The translations under genes were made by a program, and so were the position numbers. A stretch of 64,000 bases of DNA, taken from Verrucomicrobiaceae bacterium. Lineage in GTDB: Bacteria; Verrucomicrobiota; Verrucomicrobiia; Verrucomicrobiales; Akkermansiaceae. Of this stretch, positions 1 through 9,481 are shown piece after piece (the first letter of the stretch is position 1; each line of letters starts with the position of its first letter). Location of the stretch: the NCBI GenBank assembly GCA_051252135.1, contig JBPOGH010000001.1, forward strand, positions 160,001 to 224,000, given 5' to 3'. A model generated the notes under the pieces. The model ran no database searches, had not been told where the DNA came from, and saw only the letters and a program-made list of their open reading frames with translations.

Positions 1-280
1 TGGCACGAACGGTGGTGTGGCCGGTGTGTTGACCGGTCATGAGGGTGCTACGGGTGGGGGCGCAAACCGGAGCGCCGGCAAGCATCCGGGTGAAACGCAC
101 TCCTTCTGCGGCAAGCCGGTCGATATTCGGGGTTTTATGAATATGATGACCGGCGCCACTCCATTCGAAGTAGCCCCATTCATCGAGCATGATATAGACG
201 ATGTTCGGCTTTGTTTTATCAGCGAAACCAGCGAAAGGACTGAGAAGAAAAATCAAGGTGATAAATCGAGCACACTTCAT
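1..280 (-). CDS. Sulfatase (arylsulfatase family), N-terminal part, runs off window edge
   Basis: Manual translation of the minus strand (not in ORF track): MKCARFITLIFLLSPFAGFADKTKPNIVYIMLDEWGY...TPNIDRLAAEGVRF...VCAPTRSTLMTGQHTGH. Shows signal peptide, PNIV motif and CxPxR formylglycine motif. Confidence 0.93.
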   Translation of the reverse strand, partial: MKCARFITLIFLLSPFAGFADKTKPNIVYIMLDEWGYFEWSGAGHHIHKTPNIDRLAAEGVRFTRMLAGAPVCAPTRSTLMTGQHTGHTTVRA

Positions 281-340
281 TGCGAAAGGCTCTCACTCAT
301 TCAATAGTGCGGCGAGAGAAAGAATGAGGAATGTGGGCAA

Positions 341-1117
341 CTAGAGGAGCTCCTGTTTGGTGAGGATGACACGGACGCTCCCCACGTAAACCTTGGCGCT
401 GATTTCGATGGGAATTCGATGAACGTCATCACTGAGCCAAACGGTGGCGGATTTGAGCTTCTTGTATTCCTTGAGTTTCATATCGTCTCCGATTTTCTCC
501 ATCGAAATGTCGAGCTTGATGCACTTGCGGCCGAGGTGAGTCTCGCGACCGAGGACTTTGACGCGTGCGAGGTAAGGGGATGCGACAGGATGAAAGGGCA
601 TGACGATTTTTTCGCCATTGTTTAGAGGGAGGCTTCGAATTTGGAGGAGGCCGCTGAAGAGGTCCAACGAGTTGGGGTAGTCGAAGGTTTCCCTGACGGT
701 GTTTGATTGGCCATTTTTGGTCTTCGTTTCACTTCCGGAGACGTTTTTGGAGGTGAAGCGATATTGTTGCTTGGTTAGCTTATCGCGCTCTTTTTCAGAG
801 CCAACGAACATGATGGGCCGCAAGGTTTTGGGATTTAGGAAACCAATGTAGTTGAATTGAAAAGGAAAGAGAGCGTGAGCCCAACCGGTGCTTCCACCGT
901 ATCCTTGGGCGATGAAGTGTTTGGGATATTTGGGATCCTTCTTGCCGAAGATGACATCCATTGTCCCGGCTTTCAGTTTTCCGTCCCAAGACAGCTCGTA
1001 GGAGAGATGTGTGGGTTGAATCTTGCGTAGCGCACCGTCGCCGGGAATGTTAACTTCCTTCTGCCAAGCAAACGCAGGAAGTGCGCAGAGGAGTAAAAAG
1101 GTGAGGATTCTCGTCAT
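341..1117 (-). CDS. DUF3108-family secreted protein
   Basis: Signal peptide (ALPAFA); Y.LSW near N-term; C-terminal VWLSDDVHRIPIEISAKVYVGSV typical of DUF3108. Confidence 0.75.
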   Translation of the reverse strand: MTRILTFLLLCALPAFAWQKEVNIPGDGALRKIQPTHLSYELSWDGKLKAGTMDVIFGKKDPKYPKHFIAQGYGGSTGWAHALFPFQFNYIGFLNPKTLRPIMFVGSEKERDKLTKQQYRFTSKNVSGSETKTKNGQSNTVRETFDYPNSLDLFSGLLQIRSLPLNNGEKIVMPFHPVASPYLARVKVLGRETHLGRKCIKLDISMEKIGDDMKLKEYKKLKSATVWLSDDVHRIPIEISAKVYVGSVRVILTKQELL

Positions 1118-1229
1118 AATTAACTTACTTCATTAACGTCGCTGACCCCTGTATTATTCACGATTAGGCAAAATGGGAGGGAAAAGGCGTGACGGGAAGA
1201 GGTGGGGAGCTAAAACCAAGTCCTCACCT

Positions 1230-2222
1230 ATGGCGAGCAAGGTCACTTACCAAGATGCGGGTGTCGACACCCGAGCCGCTGCCGCGCTGGTCGGCGATAT
1301 CAAGTCGGATGTCGCGCGAACTCAAAAACAGCGCCAACTCTACAACGCGTTTGGCCTTTTTGCCGCCGCCTTTGATCTGAGCGATTATAAGGAACCGGTC
1401 ATTGTGACCGGTTGCGACGGTGTCGGGACCAAAGTCGAACTCCTTCTGGAGCATGGAATGGAGGCCGAGGCAGGCAAGGACCTGATCGCGATGTCGGTGA
1501 ATGACATCATTACGACCGGAGGAGATCCATTGTTGTTCCTGGATTACATTGGTATAGCGAAATTGGACCCGCCGCGGATCAAAAAATTGATTTCGGGAAT
1601 GTGTGATTATCTTGAGGATTGCGGCTGTATTCTGGCTGGTGGCGAAACGGCTGAAATGCCGGGGATCGTTCCTCCTGATGTGGTGGAGCTTTCCGGTTTC
1701 TGCATCGGAGCGGTTGAAAAAAGCCAGATGATTGATCCTACAACGGTGCAGAAAGGCGACGTTTTCGTCGGCTACGCTTCGGACGGGTTCCACGCAAATG
1801 GCTGGAGTTTGGTGCGGCGGCTCTTTGCGGAGCACGGTGATGAGTTTTCGGATGAAGAAGTGAGGGCGATGCTGGCACCTACCCGGCTTTATCACGATGC
1901 GGTCAATGGACTGCGTGAAAAGAAGGTGGACGTGAGGGCGTTTGCACACATCACCGGCGGTGGTCTTCCCGAGAACCTTGAGCGCCTTTTCCGGGGATTG
2001 GGCGGGGATTTGGAGATTCCTTATTGGGAGAATGATCCGATTCAGAAGCTATTGGCCCATACCGATCCCGAGGATCGTTTTCATACCTTCAATATGGGGG
2101 TGGGCTGGGTTGCTATCGTGCCTGCCGACCAAGTTGATGCGGCCTGCGAGGCGGGTCCCGGAGGTTTCGTCATCGGCGAGGTCCGTGAGGGAGATGGCAT
2201 CACGGTAAACGTTCGATCCTGA
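1230..2222 (+). CDS. purM: Phosphoribosylformylglycinamidine cyclo-ligase (AIR synthetase)
   Basis: TYQDAGVD, DGVGTK, GGETAEMPG, HITGGG, TFNMGVG; start placed at MASKVTY. Confidence 0.97.
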   Translation: MASKVTYQDAGVDTRAAAALVGDIKSDVARTQKQRQLYNAFGLFAAAFDLSDYKEPVIVTGCDGVGTKVELLLEHGMEAEAGKDLIAMSVNDIITTGGDPLLFLDYIGIAKLDPPRIKKLISGMCDYLEDCGCILAGGETAEMPGIVPPDVVELSGFCIGAVEKSQMIDPTTVQKGDVFVGYASDGFHANGWSLVRRLFAEHGDEFSDEEVRAMLAPTRLYHDAVNGLREKKVDVRAFAHITGGGLPENLERLFRGLGGDLEIPYWENDPIQKLLAHTDPEDRFHTFNMGVGWVAIVPADQVDAACEAGPGGFVIGEVREGDGITVNVRS

Positions 2223-2232
2223 TAATTTCTCC

Positions 2233-4161
2233 ATGAGTGACCCTCTGAAACACGAATGCGGTATCGCGGTAGTTCGGCTCAAAAAGCCTCTCGCGTATTT
2301 CCAAGACCGCTACGGCTCGGCGCTGTGGGGTTTTAACAAATTGTTTCTCCTGATGGAGAAGCAACATAATCGCGGTCAGGATGGTGTCGGGATTGGTTGC
2401 CACAAGATTGGGATGCCGGCAGGGCAGCCGTATATTTTTCGTCGGCGGGATTCGAAGAAAGACTCGTTGGCCAAGCTCTTTCGAACCGAGCTTAAGGATT
2501 TGGAGAAGATGCGCCGCAAGGGGCTAATTAATCCAGATGATCCGGAAGAGTTGAGGAGTAAGTTTGACTTTGCGGGTGATACCTACGTGGGCCATTTGCG
2601 CTATGGAACTTCGGGGGAGTTTGATTCGGGTTCCTGCCATCCGTATTTGCGGCGGAGCAACTGGCCGACAAGAACCCTGATGGTGATGGGGAATTTCAAC
2701 ATGACCAACACCGGGCAGTTGAATCAACGGATGATGGACCGTGGTCAGCATCCGGTGCTCGGCACCGACACGCAGACCGTATTGGAGGAAATTGGATTTC
2801 ACCTCGATGAGGCTCATACCGATATTTATCATGAGCTGCGTGATCAAGGTGTGCCGGGGGATCAAACGGCTGCTCTGATTTCAGAGCGTCTAAACACGGG
2901 GCATATTGTATCGGAGTCCGCAGAGGGTTGGGATGGTGGATATTGCATCACCGGGGTGGTCGGAAACGGAGATTTGTTTGTGATGCGGGATCCCCACGGG
3001 ATTCGTCCTTGTCATTATCTGGAGACAGATGAGTTTATTGCTTTTGCGTCGGAGCGTGTACCGTTGATGACGGTGTTTGAGGCCGCCCAGGACGAGGTGA
3101 AGGCGCTGGAGCCGGGGACGGTGATGACGGTGAAACACAGTGGTGAGACCGGCAGCGAACGCTTCGCGCCCAAATGCGACTATACCCCTTGTTCGTTTGA
3201 AAAGATCTACTTTTCGAGGGGGAACGATCCTACCATTTACAAGGAACGAAAGGCGATGGGAGCGGCGTTGGTCGAACAGATCGTCGATTCGATCAAATGT
3301 GACTTCGAGCATGCGGTTTTCTCCTTTGTGCCGAATACGGCTGAGACCGCGTATTACGGTCTCATGGATGGCCTGAGATTACATCGGAGGAAAGAGGTGA
3401 AGTCGGCAATCATGGAGGCTGCCGGAAGGGGTGAGTTGAGTGAAAAGACACTCGATGATCTCATTATGAAGAGTTGGCCAATCGGCGAAAAGATTGCCCA
3501 CAAGGACATCAAGCTTCGGACGTTTATTTCCCAAGAGAGTGGGCGTAATCAGCTGGTTTCCCACGTCTACGATATTTCGTATGGGGTGGTGAAGGACGGG
3601 GACACTTTGGTGGTTCTGGATGATTCGATCGTTAGAGGGACGACGTTGAAGCAGTCAATTCTCAAAATTTTAGCCAGAACCAACCCGGATAAAATCGTAA
3701 TTTGTTCTACCGCTCCGCAGATTCGTTACCCCGATTGCTATGGGATCGACATGTCTGAAATGGGTAAATTTATCGCTTTTCAGGCGACGATCAACCTTCT
3801 TGAGAAGACCGATCAGAATGCGTTGATCGAGGAGGTCTATCAGGATTGCCTGAAGGAGATGGCGAAGCCGGCCAATGAACGTCAAAATGCAGTTAAAAAG
3901 TTGTATTCTCCTTTCAGTGCCGAGGAGATTTCAAAGGAGATTTCCAGGATTGTGTATCCTGAAGACATCGACTGGCATGGTGAGGTAGAGGTTATCTATC
4001 TAACCGTTGAGAAGCTTCTTGGTGCGATCGATGGGCCCTCGGGCGATTGGTATTTTACCGGCGATTATCCTACGCCTGGAGGGATTGCGGTAGTGAACAG
4101 TGCCTTCATGCACTGGCGTGAAGGAAAGGCAGGTCGAAGCTACGATCATTTGCCTCTTTAG
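2233..4161 (+). CDS. purF: Amidophosphoribosyltransferase
   Basis: HECGIA (Ntn Cys after short propeptide), QHNRGQDG, GHLRYGT, PRPP loop VVLDDSIVRGTT, YGIDM. Confidence 0.96.
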   Translation: MSDPLKHECGIAVVRLKKPLAYFQDRYGSALWGFNKLFLLMEKQHNRGQDGVGIGCHKIGMPAGQPYIFRRRDSKKDSLAKLFRTELKDLEKMRRKGLINPDDPEELRSKFDFAGDTYVGHLRYGTSGEFDSGSCHPYLRRSNWPTRTLMVMGNFNMTNTGQLNQRMMDRGQHPVLGTDTQTVLEEIGFHLDEAHTDIYHELRDQGVPGDQTAALISERLNTGHIVSESAEGWDGGYCITGVVGNGDLFVMRDPHGIRPCHYLETDEFIAFASERVPLMTVFEAAQDEVKALEPGTVMTVKHSGETGSERFAPKCDYTPCSFEKIYFSRGNDPTIYKERKAMGAALVEQIVDSIKCDFEHAVFSFVPNTAETAYYGLMDGLRLHRRKEVKSAIMEAAGRGELSEKTLDDLIMKSWPIGEKIAHKDIKLRTFISQESGRNQLVSHVYDISYGVVKDGDTLVVLDDSIVRGTTLKQSILKILARTNPDKIVICSTAPQIRYPDCYGIDMSEMGKFIAFQATINLLEKTDQNALIEEVYQDCLKEMAKPANERQNAVKKLYSPFSAEEISKEISRIVYPEDIDWHGEVEVIYLTVEKLLGAIDGPSGDWYFTGDYPTPGGIAVVNSAFMHWREGKAGRSYDHLPL

Positions 4162-4922
4162 AGGTCTATTTCGAGAGTGACAGGGCAGTGGTCCGAGCCC
4201 AGGACATCGTCATTGATTTGGGCGCTCTGGAGCTTCGGGAGAAGATCTTGAGAGACGCACCAGTAGTCGATTCTCCAGCCGACATTGCGTGCGCGAGCTC
4301 CCCCGCGATAGCTCCACCAGGAGTAGGCTTCGGTTTTGTCGGGGTAAAAGTGACGGAAGGTGTCGATGAAGCCCGCTTCGACAAGTTCCGAAAATCCCGC
4401 CCTTTCTTCGTCGCTGAATCCTGCGCTGAAACGGTTGGTCTTGGGACGCGCGAGATCAATCTCCTGATGAGCAACGTTGAGGTCTCCACTAACGAGAACG
4501 GGTTTTCCCTCGGTTTCGAGGGATTTTAGAAATGATCGGAAAGCGGTATCCCAGTTCATTCGATAGGGAAGTCGCTTCAACCCGTTTTGTGCATTGGGGG
4601 TGTAGACGGTGACGATGAAGTGGGAATCATACTCCAGAGTGATCACCCGACCTTCCCGGTCGTGCTCATCAATCCCAATTCCGAGGCGGACATTCAGCGG
4701 CTCCGTCTTGCAGAATACGGCGGTTCCCGAGTATCCCGCCTTATCTGCGGAATTCCAATAGGTTCTGTAGTGGCCCAGTTCCAGTGGGAGATCGACTTGT
4801 TCTGGGCGGGCTTTGGTCTCCTGAAGGCAAAGGAAATCGGGGTCATGTTCGAGGACGAAATCGGTGAAGTTTTTCTTTAGAACGGCGCGGAGTCCGTTGA
4901 CGTTCCAGGAGATCAATTTCAT
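4158..4922 (-). CDS. xth: Exodeoxyribonuclease III
   Basis: SWNVNGLRA, LQETK, GDLNVAH, GWRIDY, SDHCP. Confidence 0.97.
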   Translation of the reverse strand: MKLISWNVNGLRAVLKKNFTDFVLEHDPDFLCLQETKARPEQVDLPLELGHYRTYWNSADKAGYSGTAVFCKTEPLNVRLGIGIDEHDREGRVITLEYDSHFIVTVYTPNAQNGLKRLPYRMNWDTAFRSFLKSLETEGKPVLVSGDLNVAHQEIDLARPKTNRFSAGFSDEERAGFSELVEAGFIDTFRHFYPDKTEAYSWWSYRGGARARNVGWRIDYWCVSQDLLPKLQSAQINDDVLGSDHCPVTLEIDL

Positions 4923-4937
4923 GGGGAAAATGTAGAA

Positions 4938-4976
4938 AGAAAAACAGCCGCGACCCAGAAGGAATCGCGGCTGTTT
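4938..4976 (-). terminator. Probable intrinsic terminator of rplM-rpsI
   Basis: Stem AAACAGCCGCGA/TCGCGGCTGTTT followed by T-rich tract on minus strand, 20 nt after the rpsI stop. Confidence 0.75.
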
Positions 4977-4996
4977 GAAAAAGTGGCAAGTGCCGA

Positions 4997-5386
4997 TTAG
5001 CGTTTCGAGAACTGGAAGCGCTTGCGGGCTCCAGGCTGGCCGGGCTTCTTACGTTCCTTGGCGCGAGGATCGCGGCGGAGGAGGCCTGCAGCCTTCAAAG
5101 CAGGACGAAGTTCGGCGTCGAATTTCAGAAGAGCGCGGGCGATACCAAGCTTGATGGCATCGGCTTGACCGTTGAGGCCACCACCACGGGTAGAGGCGGT
5201 GATGTCAAACTTGTTACGAAGGTTGACGACTTGAAGGGGCTCCAGAATGGTTCCCTGAAGGATCAGGGTGGGGAGTGCTTCTTCAAATGGCTCGCCGTTG
5301 ATGGTGATATTGCCAGAACCGGGGGTCATGGTAACACGGCCGACGGCAGTTTTACGACGACCTGTTGCAGAGTAGATTTCGCTCAT
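4997..5386 (-). CDS. rpsI: 30S ribosomal protein S9
   Basis: ATGRRKTA, GGGLNGQA, RDPRAKERKKPG...QFSKR. Confidence 0.99.
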   Translation of the reverse strand: MSEIYSATGRRKTAVGRVTMTPGSGNITINGEPFEEALPTLILQGTILEPLQVVNLRNKFDITASTRGGGLNGQADAIKLGIARALLKFDAELRPALKAAGLLRRDPRAKERKKPGQPGARKRFQFSKR

Positions 5387-5404
5387 TGGGAAAAAGGTAA
5401 AATA

Positions 5405-5833
5405 TTAAAGTTCGACTGGCTGAGGATTTTGGGCCTCGTGGGGATGCTCGGCGCCGGCATAAACTTTCAACTTGGAAAGCTGAGCGTTGCCCAGTCTGTT
5501 GCGAGGAACCATGCCTTTGACGGCCCATTCGACGATGTATTCCGGGCGACGCTTACGAAGCTTGGAAGGAGTCTCAATGGTCTGTCCGCCGATGTAACCG
5601 GAGTGACGGGCGTAGATTTTATGGTTCTCCTTGGTGCCGGAGAAACGAACGTCTGCGGCGTTGATCACGACGACGAAGTCACCGGTATCAATGTGAGGAG
5701 TAAAGATAGGCTTATGCTTTCCACGAAGAAGGCGGGCAGCTTCCACGGCTACATTTCCAAGGATTTGATCCTTGGCATCGATGACGTGCCACTTGCGTTC
5801 GACGTCGGCTGGTTTGGCAGAGAACGTTTTCAT
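5405..5833 (-). CDS. rplM: 50S ribosomal protein L13
   Basis: [45 protein letters not shown]-track upstream extension rejected. Confidence 0.99.
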   Translation of the reverse strand: MKTFSAKPADVERKWHVIDAKDQILGNVAVEAARLLRGKHKPIFTPHIDTGDFVVVINAADVRFSGTKENHKIYARHSGYIGGQTIETPSKLRKRRPEYIVEWAVKGMVPRNRLGNAQLSKLKVYAGAEHPHEAQNPQPVEL

Positions 5834-5891
5834 TTGCTGAAAATTCCTTAGGTTGCACGGGTTGAAGGCTGAGCAAACTGAAGGGGCGGGG

Positions 5892-5920
5892 AACCTAGTG
5901 AGACGGTTACGGGGTGTCAA
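5892..5920 (-). promoter_or_regulatory. Sigma70-type promoter of rplM-rpsI
   Basis: TTGACA-17 nt-TAGGTT on minus strand. Confidence 0.7.
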
Positions 5921-5979
5921 CGCAAATATCAAGAATACCGGACTTGTAAAATATCGCCGGGCGAGACACTAATCCCGCC

Positions 5980-7452
5980 GTGCAAGATTTGCTCAAAAAG
6001 CCTCTTTGGAATCAACGCTCTCTCGGGCATCCGCTTCCGGATTCTCCTCATGCGGTGGCAGTTTCACTACCAACGTGGGACTCTGTGATCGGGTATGAGG
6101 AGGGGCGGGAAAAGGTGATCACCAAGTTGGAGACCGGTTATCCCCGTTTTTTCCTTAACCCAATGGTGAAACGGCTTTTTGCAAAGGCAACGGATGAAGT
6201 CGCCGAAAGTGGGAAGCGAGCGATCGTATTTCCGACCAAAGGGGCGGCGCAACGGGCCCAACGATATGTTGAGCGACGGATCAATGTGGCAACGAGGATT
6301 GCGAGTTACGAGGATGGCTTGCAGGCGCTGATCGTTCCTGAAGATGCGATTGGAGTGGCGATGGAGTATTGGAGGCACACCGGCGAGGTGATCAGCAGCC
6401 GCCAGGCAGACGATTTGCTGAACGAGCGTGAAGTGGAGGGGGTCTCAAGTGTGATCTTGCGTCAACAGCTCGCGGAGAGCACTGGAGCGGCGCTGGATGA
6501 TCATTTTGTGTTTGAGAGCGGGATGAGTGCCATTTTCGGAGCATTCCGGGCGGTCATCAACCTGTTCCCAAGTAAAAAGACCTTACAGCTTGAGTTTCCT
6601 TATGTGGACGGTCTTAAGATTCAGGAGAAATTTGGAAATGGCGCCGTTTTTCTTTATGAAACTGAGGGTGAGGATTTTGATGCTGCGGTTCGAAGAATTC
6701 AGGAGGGTGAGTTTGCGGCGGTTTTCTGCGAAATTCCCAGTAATCCTTTGCTGCGAACAGTCAATCTGCCGAGGGTAGCCGAAGCCTGCCAACGGGGAGG
6801 GGTTCCACTTGTGGTTGATGATACGGTAGCAAGCTGCATCAATGTGGATGTTCTGCAATATGCCGATCTGGTGACGACGAGCCTGACGAAGTGGGTGAGC
6901 GGGAAGGGTGATGTGATGGCCGGATTGGTCACGATCAAAGAGGATTCACCGTGGGCGAAGGAGTTTCGTGAGTTTTTGAATACCGAGACGCAAGGCGGAT
7001 CACTGCTCTACAAGGGAGATTGTCAGGCACTTATTTCGAATATGAAGGATTTTGAGGCTCGCGTCCGACGTTCCAATCAGAACGGCGAGATGGTGGCCGA
7101 TTATTTGGCCGAGCACCCGGCGGTCGGTCGGGTTTGGTATCCAAAAATTGTGACTCCCCATGAATATCAAAGTGTCCGGCGCGATAGCGGAGGGTACGGG
7201 GGGCTGGTTTCCTTTACCCTAAAGCAACCCCGAAAGATGCCTCGCGTATATGATGCTTTGGAGCTTTGCAAGGGGCCCAGCCTGGGAACAGATTTTACGC
7301 TGGCGTGTCCCTACACGATGCTGGCGCACTACTTCGAGCTCGACTGGGCTGAAGCCTGTGGTGTTTCGCCCAACTTGCTGCGGTTATCAGTGGGGATCGA
7401 AGAGGGTGATGTGATCATCGGAGCTCTCGCCCGAGCACTCGATTTGGGCTAG
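5980..7452 (+). CDS. PLP-dependent Cys/Met metabolism enzyme (cystathionine gamma-synthase-like, long N-terminal form)
   Basis: SGMSAI, EIPSNPLL, VVDDT, SLTKW (PLP Lys), GPSLG, LRLSVGIE. Confidence 0.88.
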   Translation: MQDLLKKPLWNQRSLGHPLPDSPHAVAVSLPTWDSVIGYEEGREKVITKLETGYPRFFLNPMVKRLFAKATDEVAESGKRAIVFPTKGAAQRAQRYVERRINVATRIASYEDGLQALIVPEDAIGVAMEYWRHTGEVISSRQADDLLNEREVEGVSSVILRQQLAESTGAALDDHFVFESGMSAIFGAFRAVINLFPSKKTLQLEFPYVDGLKIQEKFGNGAVFLYETEGEDFDAAVRRIQEGEFAAVFCEIPSNPLLRTVNLPRVAEACQRGGVPLVVDDTVASCINVDVLQYADLVTTSLTKWVSGKGDVMAGLVTIKEDSPWAKEFREFLNTETQGGSLLYKGDCQALISNMKDFEARVRRSNQNGEMVADYLAEHPAVGRVWYPKIVTPHEYQSVRRDSGGYGGLVSFTLKQPRKMPRVYDALELCKGPSLGTDFTLACPYTMLAHYFELDWAEACGVSPNLLRLSVGIEEGDVIIGALARALDLG

Positions 7453-8519
7453 AGTTGGATGTCCGGGTAGGAACCCAGAATTTTGACAACCGAGCAGTGG
7501 GTCTCAAGATCGGCAAGGGCCTTTTGGACCGCCTCGTCGTCGCAATGCCCTGCAAAATCGACGTAAAAGATGTATTCCCAATCCTTTTGTTTGGAGGGGC
7601 GGGATTCGATCTTGGACATGTTGATCTCGAACGAGTCAAAGGCCTGGAGGGCTTTGACCAGCGAGCCGGGGCGATCGTGAACCGAAAAAAGAATCGAAGT
7701 CCGATCGTTGCCTGTGGGGGGGCAGGTTTCTTCACCGATTACGAGGAATCGGGTGGTATTGGTGGCCCGATCCTGAATGGAAGTTTCGAGCAATTTCAGG
7801 CCGTTTAGTTCGGCGGCCAAGGCTCCCCCGAGCGCTGCCGCACCATCCGCCCTGTTCTTTTGGGCGAGTTGGGCTGCTTTGGTTGTCGACGAGACTTCCA
7901 CGAGGTCGGCATCCGGAAAGTTTTGAAGAATCCAGGTGCGGCACTGACCGAATACCTGAGGATGGGAGTAGAGGGTTTTGATTTCCTCGCGAGGAATGGC
8001 GGCCATTAGCCCATTCTCGATGCGGAGAAGAATTTGGGCGCAGATTCGGAGGGGGGATTCGACGAAAAGATCAAGAGTGTGTGAAACGGCCCCTTCGGTA
8101 GAGTTCTCGATAGGGACTACGCCGTAGGTGGCGTGTCTGCGAGTCACGTGATCAAAGACTTCGGCGAAGTTGGGAAGGGCGTGATACTCCACCGAATGTC
8201 CGAATTTCTTGATAGCGGCCTGATGGGTCCAGGTACCCTCGGGGCCGAGATAGGCAATTTTCAGGTCGTCTTCAAGGGCGAGAGCGGCTGACATGATTTC
8301 GCGATAAATGGCATGAATTGATTTATCGGGGAGGCGGCCCTTGTTCTTTTTGGAGAGGGCTTCCAGAAGCGCATGTTCTCTTTCAGGAGCGTATATTTGA
8401 AGGCCCTCTTTCTTTTTTATCACCCCGACTTCGTGAACGAGGTCGGCTCTTTGGGAAAGGAGCTCAAGGAGCTGGGTATCGATGGTATCGATCTCTTTGC
8501 GAATGTCGTCGAGAGGCAT
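7449..8519 (-). CDS. pheA: Chorismate mutase / prephenate dehydratase
   Basis: IRKEIDTID CM domain, LGPEGT, VPIENSTEG, NTTRF, ACT domain KIESRPS. Confidence 0.97.
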   Translation of the reverse strand: MPLDDIRKEIDTIDTQLLELLSQRADLVHEVGVIKKKEGLQIYAPEREHALLEALSKKNKGRLPDKSIHAIYREIMSAALALEDDLKIAYLGPEGTWTHQAAIKKFGHSVEYHALPNFAEVFDHVTRRHATYGVVPIENSTEGAVSHTLDLFVESPLRICAQILLRIENGLMAAIPREEIKTLYSHPQVFGQCRTWILQNFPDADLVEVSSTTKAAQLAQKNRADGAAALGGALAAELNGLKLLETSIQDRATNTTRFLVIGEETCPPTGNDRTSILFSVHDRPGSLVKALQAFDSFEINMSKIESRPSKQKDWEYIFYVDFAGHCDDEAVQKALADLETHCSVVKILGSYPDIQL

Positions 8520-8537
8520 GAAAATTTTGGTGGGTGA

Positions 8538-9305
8538 TTATTCTTTCTCGGACGGGGCCGGCGAGGCGAAGTCTTCCTCTGCGGGAGCATCCGCCTGGTT
8601 GTCTTCACTTGATTTTTCAACGGCACTCAAAGCGAGCTGGGTTTCGGGATCGGTTTGTGGTGTCTCCTCGGGCTCACCTTGGGGGAGTTGGATTTGACGA
8701 AGTTCTCCGATATTTGGGAGATCGTTGATCCCGGTGATGCCAAAGTGTTCGAGAAAGAGATCCGTGGTGGCATAGAGGAGGGGGCGGCCCGGCAGATCGG
8801 CACGTCCTTCGATTTTGACCAGTTCGCGATCCAGCAATTTTTGAAGCATGCCGTCACAGGAAACTCCGCGAACGGCCTCGATGGCAGCCTTGGTAACCGG
8901 TTGACGGTATGCGATGACGGCAAGGGTCTCCATGGCGGGAGCGCTGAGGCGCTCGGGTTTGCGCCCGGGGAAAAGTTGACTGACAAAGCCGCCGTAATCG
9001 GAGATTGTTTGGATTTTCCATCCTTTGGCGCGGTCGGAGATATTGAAGGACCGTCCGGTTATCTCGTAGTTGCGATTGAGTTCGGCGATGGATTTGACCA
9101 CATCATCTTCGGTTGTCTTGGCAAGGAGTGGGATATCGAGATCACTTTCGGGATTTTTATCATCACTGGGAACTCCGGTGTCTTCAGTGATCGAATCATC
9201 GGACAGTTCAGCGGCCCGGGCCCGGACAAGTCGGGCGAGCTCTGCAGATGAAAGCGGGGCTTCCGAGGCAATCAGGAGGGATTCGAGTATCGAGGAAAGA
9301 TCCAT
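8538..9305 (-). CDS. scpB: SMC-Scp complex subunit ScpB
   Basis: LSAPAMETLAVIAYRQPVTKAAIEAVRGV, PGRPLLYATTDLFLEHFG. Confidence 0.95.
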   Translation of the reverse strand: MDLSSILESLLIASEAPLSSAELARLVRARAAELSDDSITEDTGVPSDDKNPESDLDIPLLAKTTEDDVVKSIAELNRNYEITGRSFNISDRAKGWKIQTISDYGGFVSQLFPGRKPERLSAPAMETLAVIAYRQPVTKAAIEAVRGVSCDGMLQKLLDRELVKIEGRADLPGRPLLYATTDLFLEHFGITGINDLPNIGELRQIQLPQGEPEETPQTDPETQLALSAVEKSSEDNQADAPAEEDFASPAPSEKE

Positions 9306-9481
9306 GTGGGAGGCAGGAGATTAGGGGGCGTTTCCCAGAATTCAAGAGCGTGCTGCACTCCAATTCGGAAAATCCGCTTGCGCCATGACATCAAAGTGAC
9401 TAACCAATGCCGCCCTTATTCCTGTCCAGACGGTTACCCAACTGATTCCGGAATGGCTAAATCCGATTCCGATAATTTCCT

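Noticed and set aside
17..307. Plus-strand 96-aa ORF
   Set aside because: Antisense to the real sulfatase N-terminus on the minus strand.
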